Origin: Macrostomum hystrix
Taxonomy: Eukaryota; Animalia; Platyhelminthes
Direction of reading: 5' to 3'
DNA: 64,000 nucleotides
Assembly (NCBI GenBank): GCA_950097015.1
Contig: CATNEN010000034.1
Coordinates: 1,240,001 to 1,304,000, forward strand
Below, one piece after another: positions 54,222 through 64,000 of the stretch. Numbering within the stretch: position 1 is the first letter of the stretch; each line of letters opens with the position of its first letter. A program made the translations under genes and the position numbers. The notes under the pieces are model-generated. The model was not told where the DNA came from. It searched no databases and saw only the letters and a list, made by a program, of their open reading frames with translations.

Positions 54222-54885
54222 GGAATAGAATGGAATAGAATGGAATAGAATGGAATAGAATGGAATAGAATGGAATAGAATGGAATAGAATGGAATAGAA
54301 TGGAATAGAATGGAAAAGAATGGAATAGAATGGAATAGAATGGAATAGAATGGAATAGAATGGAATAGAATGGAATAGAATGGAATAGAATGGAATAGAA
54401 TGGAATAGAATGGAATAGAATGGAATAGAATGGAATAGAATGGAATAGAATGGAATAGAATGGAATAGAATGGAATAGAATGGAATAGAATGGAATAGAA
54501 TGGAATAGAATGGAATAGAATGGAATAGAATGGAATAGAATGGAATAGAATGGAATAGAATGGAATAGAATGGAATAGAATGGAATAGAATGGAATAGAA
54601 TGGAATAGAATGGAATAGAATGGAATAGAATGGAATAGAATGGAATAGAATGGAATAGAATGGAATAGAATGGAATAGAATGGAATAGAATGGAATAGAA
54701 TGGAATAGAATGGAATAGAATGGAATAGAATGGAATAGAATGGAATAGAATGGAATAGAATGGAATAGAATGGAATAGAATGGAATAGAATGGAATAGAA
54801 TGGAATAGAATGGAATAGAACGGAATAGAATGGAATAGAATGGAATAGAATGGAATAGAACGGAATAGAATGGAATAGAACGGAA
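54222..54885. repeat. (GGAATAGAAT)n decamer satellite
   Basis: About 66 nearly perfect copies. Confidence 0.97.
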
Positions 54886-55524
54886 TGTAACTATCAGAGT
54901 TGTGTCACATAGCAGCCTCTTCTGACTAGTGTAAGGCGGATTGTTGCAATAGAATTATTTACTGAGGACAGTCTTCAATCACTGCCGCTTCCGCTGTCTC
55001 AATCCAGGAAAAGATAATGACAGAGAGCCGAGGAGCTAGCTCCAGCCTCGCGGATGGGATAATGGGATGAGGAAGCTGGGAGAATTGAAGGAAAAGAAGG
55101 CGCCGCCCTGGGCTGTTTATCTCCCAGAGTGTTGATGCAATTACTCGGCGGGACTTGGGGTCCATTGTGGCACCGCTCCCAAGTGTCTGGTCGGTGCCTT
55201 GGCTTGAGTTTGGCCAAGACAATTTGGCAAGTTGTAATGAGACTGCTCGGGGCTGACTAGTCGGGTGCTGACCCCCATTAGTTAGCCAATGAATCTTGCC
55301 AAACTCACAGAAATTGAATTGTTCTCCCTGGCAGTGAATTTTCATAACAGACTTGGCCGCGGTTGGACCTGATTAGCCTGCTAAAACCGCCTCAAGGCCT
55401 GCTCACAGACACTCTCACAAGATGCACAAGCTTGACGAACTTAACTTTGCAAAGCTGCGGGTGAGACTCCTCACACAGACCCAGAGATGCCGAGCTAATG
55501 CGGGAGTTCAAGACCGACTACTCT

Positions 55525-55682
55525 AGTAGAATAGAATAGAATAGAATAGAATAGAATAGAATAGAATAGAATAGAATAGAATAGAATAGAATAGAATAGA
55601 ATAGAATAGAATAGAATAGAATAGAATAGAATAGAATAGAACAGAATAGAATAGAATAGAATAGAATAGAATTTGAATAGAA
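55525..55682. repeat. (TAGAA)n pentamer microsatellite
   Basis: About 30 copies seen directly. Confidence 0.97.
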
Positions 55683-58600
55683 TTTACTTCACTATGAATC
55701 GAATTGCCATAGTCAACCCCGCTTGCAAGCACAGCTCAGAGCCAAGCTATAGACTCAAATCCACTGCTAGGTAGCATTATCTTCCCGCCAGCCTCAAAGC
55801 CGGGTTGTAATTTGTCACTGTCGGTTATTAAGGCATTTTATTAGCTACTCAAACACTGGCGCAATCACAATAAATTGTGTGTGAGGGTGCAGGACGGAGG
55901 CGACGTGGAACCGCGGGCCGTAATCCTCTTCCGCAGCCGCTGCCGAGGTGCCCGAATGCTCCGGCATCGGTTTCTGCAAACAGTCGGGCCCTTTTCTTTC
56001 CCCCCTTTTTTAACGCGTCGGAGGTCTTTTCTGCAATAAGGAAAATTGGCGGGAAAACTGCTATTGGGATTGGGATCTGTCTGCGATCGGGCTGGGGAAA
56101 TTCCATTTCCGATTGAATATCTCCCATAGCCGAATGCGGCAGCATCCCAATAGGCTTCATCATCGATCTACAAGGCCCCCGAAAACTCCGACTGGAATAA
56201 ATGAATTGGAGGAGCAAAAAAACTAAGGAGAATTCTGTGTGAGTGAAAAGGATCCACAAAATGTGGGTGCGGGATGGGGCCGTGACTTGCTCAGGATTTG
56301 AGGCGGCCCTATGGACTGCAAACATTTCGTCAGACAAGTCAACTCAATTACAAAGTCGTGTACTCAATTTAGACAGGCCGGCTCTGTTTGCCTGAGAGAT
56401 TTCCGCGGCTCCGCATTCTTTCGACGCCTATTTTTCTCCTTTCTTTCTTTCTGTTCTATTCTGACTTCTCTTTTAGGGGCTGATTTGGCACTGCCTGGCA
56501 GCTGGCTCGGTGGGCTCACCAGCATCGCTCCCTCCTAATTGAGCGGTTCGCCGAAACCCGCCAGCCGCCCATTCTTTTTCGCCTCTTGCCCGGCGCGCGA
56601 CCCCTCTGAATAATTGATTCCATGCCGTTAGGCCGTGGTCTTCCTCTTCTCGCAGTTTGCTTTAAATTCCTTGAGCAGCCGCGGCAGCCAGATTGAGCAG
56701 TCTCTTAGCCAGCTATTTATCGGAGGCAAATAGCCAATTTCACCTCGAGCGGCTCCGGGGGAGGGGGCAAGAAAAATGGAAAAGAAAAGAGAAGGAAACT
56801 TCTTTGGCACTAACGGACCAGATTCTTCTCTATGTGTGGATTTTTTCAATTTTCCCTGTGGCAACAATGCACCCACCCCACACCTGCTACTTACCGGCTT
56901 CATTCTTCATCCAATTCTACAGAGACTGCCTGTTTGACTGTGGGCCCTAATTTTTTTCTGCTTTAAGCAAACAATTATTTTTCTCTTATTGTTCCTGCGT
57001 GCTCTGCGCCCAAGTTTCGATTGGGACTTAAATTGTGTTCTTTGGAGGCAATGGTCCATTTCTTAGATGCAAATTATGAAGAACATAGCTTGAATTAGAT
57101 CGAGTGGGCCTTCCTTCTTTTTCTAAGAATAGAAACAATCTTAGCCCTTCTCAGCCAATCAGATTTTAGAGGCTGATTAAAAAACCAAATCGATCAAAAA
57201 TAGAATATTGAGTCACCCGAAATAAGAGCAAATAATAACCTGTATTATGCACAGCGCAATGCATATCACACAAACGGGATTTTGAGGAGGCAGTTGAATT
57301 GAGAGAGTCACCAACTGCCGTCATCCACCCCCTCCCTAAGAATTTGAGCTCACCCTGCAGTGCTTGCAGACAAGACAGCGCGCACAATTTTAGACTGATA
57401 AAGGGCAAGCCAATTGCATTAGGCCACTCATCAAAGCGAGAAAGAGGCGACCACTTAGCGGGGAATTGTACTTGACACAATGCGCGAAATTGGGGAGAGG
57501 GGGCGTCCAGCAGGGGCCGTGCCTGTGGGCCGCAGAAACTGAATTACTCCCCTTGGCTAAACTGAATTGTAAGGCAAATTGTTCTATGTAATCCCTTCCC
57601 CATCATGCGATGCCTCCTTCCAGCATCATAGGCTATATCGCCACTGCCTTGCCATGCAGCTATTGATCTCGTTTGGCTGCTTGTCTTGCTCACTCATTTT
57701 GTTCCTCGCCCGGAATGGATGATCCATGCAGACTGCGGATGACTCGATTCCAGCAGGCAGCAATTCAGATGCGGATAAGTTTGAGGGGCCGTTTATTTGT
57801 AGGAAGAAGAAAGGCTAAATAAAGTGGGCAGGCTCTTGTCGAAGGGTTTGTATTTGCTTGGCTTAATACTCTGGTTATGCTTAATACTTATGCTTAATAC
57901 TCTGGTTAGCAAGAGACGATGTTCCCCTACGAGCTACTTACAGAATAATAAGGCAATTCATTCGGGCAAAATTATTCAGGCAAAATTATAATCTCATTTT
58001 TAAATAGTCCGATAGATCTTTTAGACCTTATAAAATCAGTTTTTACTCAGCATTTAAGCTCAGAATACACTCACGGAAGCAAAAATATTGAATTAAATTC
58101 GTTGGTAGCTTGCTTAGCATATAAATGTTTGTGTTGATGAGAACTAAATAGAGAAAAAATTATCACATGGAAGGCCTGAAGCGAGACACGTTAACGTAAA
58201 GAAGTATCTTTACGTCTTTCAATTCGGGCAGCACATGCACGGGAATTAAGTTGGATCTATAGTTCCAGCAACAGAAATACTGAGGTCAATGGTTAGAAAT
58301 TTGAGCGGGGAGCGTTAATTATGGATTTGCATATAGGTGTATATGAAGAAATGGCAAAAACGAATACTGACTTTATGAGAATGAAAAAATGGGGACGAAA
58401 GTCGATGCGGCGAATTGTGAAACTGAGGGTTTCCAAGCAAAACCAATGTCAAAACGAATAAATCATTCCACTGAGCATACACGTTGTAAAGGCAATTTGG
58501 GCGTCTTAGTAAGACGCGGTTGTGGGGTTCGGTACCAGGTAAGTCGCGCTGGCTATGTTCTTGCCTCCATTGATACACGGTCACTGTCCGAAAGCGAGAG

Positions 58601-60090
58601 CTTTCACGCTTAGACTTAGATTTTCCTTTAAGAAAGGCCTTTTAAAGGGGCTCACATGTTCTCTAGATTCGATCCTATAAAACATTGGAGTAGAGGCCTA
58701 ACAAGCTTACAATAATTACGAGTGAATTTGGTCGTTAATGATCTTTATATTTGAATTTGGCCAACACGTGAAATTTATTCTTTAAGTTCACTCACCCACT
58801 AGATCAGATGTATTTTAAGATTTTATTTTATTTTAAAATGTGCACATTTTCCCCCTTTTTTGCTGTGAGAATCCTTAATCAATGCGCATCACTATCAATA
58901 TTTAATGTATCTTTTTTGTGAAAAGGATTCGCTTTCTTTAAGACAAGTCAAATATTGAATCACAAATTAAGTATTATATTTATAATGATTAATGGGCAAA
59001 CCTGCATTGTTTTTTATTCTATATGCTTAGCCTAGCTTTGCCTTTATTATTAAGAACTATTGTATATTCGATAGGCTGATACTAACGACCTTGACTGTAG
59101 CTCTATAAGCTTGTCCTTTTTATATATATATATATAGCCAATATAGGCCTATATTATACATCTAGTTCAATGAGTAGACCTTAGCTGGTTAGGATTTAAC
59201 AGTTAACCCTAGGATCTAGGAGTCTAGGTAGTCAGTAGAATAAAAACTGTAAGTTTGCGATGGGCTTTTTTAGTGGCTGGCATTTTCAGTTTTAATTAAA
59301 TTTAAACTTATTTAGTTTTTAAAGCAAATTCGATATTCCTATTCCTTTTTTCTTAATTCTGAAGTTAGGCCCTATAATAAATTGATTAAAAATCTCAGGA
59401 TCAAAACTAAAATGTCTTTAATTTTAATGTCAAAACTCTAATTTTTCCTGATATAGTCACAAAGCTCAACCAGTTATAAGTTTTTTGCCCTAATTGTAAG
59501 GTATGTAGACTCCAGTAGCATTTCTTTGACAAGTAGGATATTGAGAACTGAATGGATATTGAATAAGTGAATTCACAAATATGACCTAAGCTAAATTCAT
59601 AATAATCAGATACTTTGACTTATTAAAATCAAGACATTGCTAGGCATAAACTAGTCAAGGACAGTATTCTCAAGATCTTTAAGATTAAACTAGTATATAG
59701 CTATGTAGTGTTTTTTGTTTAGTATTTAAGTGTACATATGTAATGATCTAAATGGATGCTCACTTAAATAAAAAAGGTACAGCACTTGCTTGCAACCCTT
59801 TCTCATTCTCTTGTTGCTTGTTACATAATTATTATATAGATCATTAAATCTAATCAATTTAGTTTTATCTAATCAATAAGTACCTAAATGTTTTATTATC
59901 AGCAATCTGGTCTTGGCCTTAATTTATTTTGGCCCTAGGGCCTATAAATGCTAAATGTCATAAGAATACAAAGTTGCTTAGCTGTATCAGCAAGTTTATA
60001 CCAAGCCAAAATCACTTTTCAATTGTAGCAGACTGCTGTTGCAGACCCCTTCAAGTAAAGACCAGTGAGAGAATAGTGAATGTCAGTTGC

Positions 60091-61089
60091 ATGGAATGGT
60101 GGCAGCGTTATAAGCGTCGCAAATGCTTCGACACAGCCAAGTCCTGCTTGGTTGGCGATTCAGTATGCAGATTGTTGCTAGCCGCTATGCGTTCCAGAGG
60201 CTGTCCTGTAACCTTCACGCGTCACTTGGCTTGCGAGCCCTGCGACAGTTCTGAGCTTCGCGGCGGCTTTGATCAGGTGAGACTGGAAGAGCAGCTTTTC
60301 AGTTAGCCGAGATTGTTGCTGAAGTCTGACTACTTCAGGGGTTAGTAGGCCTGCCATATGGGCAAACTCTTCAGGGAATGGGAAGGCTGCTGATGAACCA
60401 GTAGGGGATTCAAGGTGCATAAAGCGAGTGCAACGCTCGTATTTTTTCTGGATCCTGTAGCCCTGATTCAGCATTATAACCGCCCTCAATTCACAGGGAA
60501 ACCACCAAGTGGTTCTGTGCAGCAACGCCGAAGTGGAATCTGGCCAGAACTTGTGCGGAACCCTGCGGCACGAGCTGGTGCACGCTTTCGACGCCTGTCG
60601 AGCTCAGGTAGACTTCGATAACAACCTGGACCACCTGGCCTGCACTGAGGTTAGCTTATGCAACAAAGTCGTAATTTTTTCAGAACAAAGAAATTTATGT
60701 TTTCGTGACACGATAATTTCTACTTACCAAGCCATTTATAAGTAGTGCACTCGGCGCATTCAATTTTTTCCGTCGCATTGTTCAGATTCGCGCCTACAAC
60801 TTGGCCGAGCCGTCCGATTCCCAGAGGCCGGCCGGCGGCCACGCTGATTGGATTCGCCAGCGAGCCGTCGCCTCGCTGCTGGCCTGTCCGTCAAGTTACA
60901 GAGTCGGAGGCCGAGGCCGCCGTCAATCGGGTGTTTGATCGCTGCTACGCCGATCTGGAGCCGCTTGGCCGCCGGCCGATGCCATTTGACCCGCTGGGCC
61001 GGACAGAAGAAGCGGCGGCACACCTGGCTGCTAGAGAGGCTAAGTTCTACGGCTACTGGGGCGAGTGCGAGTTGACTTCAAATCAGTAA
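60091..61089 (+). CDS. ATP23: Mitochondrial inner membrane protease ATP23 (peptidase M76), with apparent 1-nt frameshift in exon 3
   Basis: Exons 60091-60276, 60497-60649, 60786-61089. Motifs CEPCD...GGFD, VVLCSN, HELVHAFD (HEXXH), HLACTE|IRAYNL and AVNRVFDRCYADLEPLGR; the last motif is in the +1 frame relative to IRAYNL. Confidence 0.88.
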
Positions 61090-61728
61090 ACGGCAGAAGC
61101 CGATATGTATCGAAAAAAACTTTGTGGCCGAGCCGATTTGTGACAATGGCTCTGTACATGCGGGATTTCGCAATGATTTTCAATTAATGAAAAGTAGAAA
61201 TGTTGATTAGAATGCAGGGCCGATATGTATCGAAGAAACATAGAACTTGTCGCAACCCGATGTGCTGAACCGATATGTGTAGGAAATCATAGAACAGTAG
61301 GCTTTGATGAATGCACAAGTACTTGCGATAATTGTAGTTTTTTGGCCAAGTCAACATATATCAAAAGAAATCGATATCAAAGTAGGAAAAAGTTAGAGTA
61401 AAACTTTGGTTTATCCGTAACCAAATTTAATGTATCTTACCGAATGTTCTGTGCGCATGTTGTGCAGCACTTATCTTTATGAATTAGCTATTTTTAGCCC
61501 AGTCTTTCCTACTTTACCGTTGCGCTCATGCTCACAATTAACATTTTGCAGTAGAACATATTGCACTTGTTCTCAATGTCATCATTGTGGATTATTTTTC
61601 ATGTTTTGCTTGCTACGAGCTAGCTCCAAACGTGTTTGAGCATTTCGAAATAAATTATGTGCTTTATAACAAAAATGGCTGATGAGAATATTTTAGCCGT
61701 ACTCTTGAGTGCTTTGGTTTGTACTGAA

Positions 61729-62040
61729 GGTTGTAGCCTAGTGGTTAGGGCGTCGGACTAACGACTTGAAGGTCGGGGGTTCGATTCCCGACTCCACTGA
61801 AACAATTTGTGTCCTTTAGCAAGACACTTAACTCTGCATTGCTTCAGTTCACCCAGCTGTTAAATGGGTACCAGCATCAGCTGGGATAATTGAAGGTGGG
61901 TGTGGCGTCCCCCCAGTCCATGGACTGAACAGCTGTACGCAGCCTTCAGATGCGCCGCGCAATAGCTGCGGCTGTGCTGTCGGCTGCACATCTGGCCCGA
62001 TTGGGGCAGGTGTAATCAATTATTATTATCAATTATTATT
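61729..62040 (+). mobile_element. Full-length tRNA-derived CORE-like SINE
   Basis: A box tagcctagtggttag and B box ggttcgattccc, then tgtgtcctttagcaagacacttaactctgcattgcttcagttcacccagctgttaaatggg (resembles the MIR/CORE domain), ending in a (att)n tail. Confidence 0.85.
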
Positions 62041-62699
62041 GTACTGAAAATTGATAATTAATTTTTATGCTACAGATTACAAATAGTGAGATGAAACACA
62101 TTTATCCCCTATTCCGATCATTCTGTGTACGCTGGGGCTTCGAACCCGGTACTGTGGCGTAAAAAAGTTATCGTGAAAGTTTTTTTTGCAAAATATGGCA
62201 AAAACGGTTCATATGCACCAGTTACTACTTTTGCTTTGTTGTAACGGGTTGTTCATTCAGCTGAACATATAAACTTATAGCACATATTTGACCCTTCGGT
62301 CCAGCAGGTGGCAAATGCCAAACTTCCAAGCACGCTTCTCTACTCTTAGATATGCGATTTCAATAGGCTCACATTTTGTAAAACTTGGCATCAAGCTCCA
62401 TAGGTGAAACTTTCTCTACCCACTTCCAAGCTAAGAGATCAGCAAAAAAACAGATGAGACGATATGTAGCGTAAATCGGACTGGCGACCCGATCTATGTC
62501 CTAACAAATCGCTTTAAGCACCTTTGTTCACTAATTAATAATTTGCTAGCTTTTGCAGCTGAAGGTACTATGGTACATATACGAGCAATGTGTAATAACT
62601 GCCCGGGGGAATTATACTGGACCAGTTTTAGGCCAAGTGTACAGTCTCAGCCGATGGTGGATGGTTGTCCAACGAGAATTCGTTGTTTCCTGGAAATTG

Positions 62700-62790
62700 A
62701 AACCTTTTTTTCTGGATCGGGATTCGAACCCGGGACGCAATTGACGTTGACGCTACTAAACTTTGCCGCTCTGTGCCAGCTAGATATTGA
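62700..62790 (-). mobile_element. tRNA-like head fragment, possibly a third SINE family
   Basis: gggattcgaacccggg is a reverse B box (cccgggttcgaatccc); no cloverleaf and no other copy in the window. Confidence 0.35.
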
Positions 62791-63168
62791 CTTAGGTAAA
62801 AAAGTAGCTTTTCGTTGCGGCAACGTTGCAACGTGTGCGTGCGAGAGCACTATCTTTAGTCGTCATTAGAGGGGCCTATTTCATTATTGCACCTTTCTCG
62901 GGGACACGGCTCAGCACAGGGTCAAATTCTTCGAGCTGGCTGCGGCACAGCTGATAAGATTAGCGAACTCCGCCAGTACCTCTATCCGTAGCTTCAGTTA
63001 AGAGCAGCAGAAAAGCAGCAAGCGCAAGTTGATTCAGATAGCGGGAGCAGCTCGAACAGGCTGTTTTATTTCTGTCATGAAACAATCTAGCTTTAATAAA
63101 TAGAATTTGATCTGCAATAAAGCAACTAGCTGGACATTGTGGACAATCGATCGCTTCAATAATTGTCC

Positions 63169-63697
63169 ATGTCTGCCGCTAGCGAGTTGTCAGGATTTGA
63201 GCAGTTTTGCGGCTCACAGTTTTGGGTGAGTTGAAAAAACAACGTATAGTGCTTCTTTTAGAAGCACACGGTAAAAAATTAATCGAAACCAACGTGTCTC
63301 ATCCACCACGCTCAGAACCTCAGCCTGACCTGGTACCACCCGGTCGGGCCGTTCTTCACCACATGCTTCGAGGAGACCGTGCTGAAATGGATTCCCATCG
63401 CCTGGCTGTTGCTGTGCGCCCTGCCCTACTGCCTGTACCTCAAGCGGCTGGACCCCAACCCGCCTCCGAGGCGGAGACTCAGACTGCTCAAACAGGTTGG
63501 CCTATACCAGCGGAGTGTTGCATTCCACTGCGTTTCAAACATTAAAATTTGAAGATTTTTTTAGCATTGCTGACTGTTCCCCTCAGCTCGTCTGTGTCTT
63601 CCTGGCGGTCATCGCCCTGGCGGATCTCATCAACTCCGCCAGCCGGGGCCAGTCTCAGGCCACGTCTCTGTCCGCCGCTCTGCAGTGTGCCGCTTAT
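63169..63697 (+). CDS. ABCC/MRP (ABCC1-like) transporter, first three exons (TMD0); continues beyond window
   Basis: Exons 63169-63225 (MSAASELSGFEQFCGSQFW), 63316-63495 (NLSLTWYHPVGPFFTTCFEETVLKWIPIAWLLLCALPYCLYL...) and 63587-63697 are all phase 0 with GT-AG sites; they resemble the long-MRP N-terminus ([22 protein letters not shown]). Confidence 0.8.
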
Positions 63698-63715
63698 GTG
63701 AGCCCTTCTAAGCAG

Positions 63716-64000
63716 CTGTCACCCACATCTGGTCTCACTAACCTACTGTCACCCACATCTGGTCTCACTAACCTACTGTCACCCACATCTGGTCTCACTA
63801 ACCTACTGTCACCCACATCTGGTCTCACTAACCTACTGTCACCCACATCTGGTCTAACTAACCTACTGTCACCCACATCTGGTCTCACTAACCTACTGTC
63901 ACCCACATCTGGTCTCACTAACCTACTGTCACCCACATCTGGTCTAACTAACCTACTGTCACCCACATCTGGTCTCACTAACCTACTGTCACCCACATCT
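63716..64000. repeat. 30-bp minisatellite (ctgtcacccacatctggtctcactaaccta)n in ABCC intron 3
   Basis: At least 9 copies, running off the window. Confidence 0.95.

Noticed and set aside
60385-60475. C/D snoRNA candidate in ATP23 intron 1 (tgatga ... ctga with a gctg/cagc stem)
   Set aside because: Box C lacks the 5' purine, I see no convincing rRNA-complementary guide, and such short motifs arise by chance.
61729-61800. Possible tRNA gene (also the tRNA-like heads at 1-98, 3840-3907 and 12680-12746)
   Set aside because: The acceptor stem does not pair, and each is fused to a repeated body and tail, so they are SINE heads.

Overview
Eukaryotic (metazoan) genomic DNA with intron-containing genes. 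GC-rich exons, (GACA)n tracts and a very high minisatellite load suggest a flatworm such as Macrostomum; this is inference only. I reconstructed seven genes by hand from splice sites and frame continuity: a 7-EC protocadherin (+, from 1669), an SLC24/NCKX exchanger (-, 11406-21121), a DDX3/PL10 helicase (-), rpL8 (+), a SoxB2 factor (+), ATP23 (+, with an apparent 1-nt frameshift) and the first three exons of an ABCC/MRP transporter. Mobile DNA comprises CORE-like and Deu/Nin-like tRNA-derived SINEs, two sister MITEs with perfect 9-bp TSDs, a Merlin-like deletion derivative and a full-length maT-like mariner with one nonsense codon. About 25 distinct tandem arrays are present, and most long introns are filled by one. 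The most unusual signal is that several arrays are homotypic clusters of functional-looking motifs: 3' splice sites, branch-point/QKI motifs, octamer+CCAAT+E-box, and TALE TGACAG. Neighbouring arrays also share sequence cores, twice in inverted orientation, and one such pair brackets a 61-nt exon. Most long ORFs in the supplied track are artefacts of these repeats. All function claims are untested inference.
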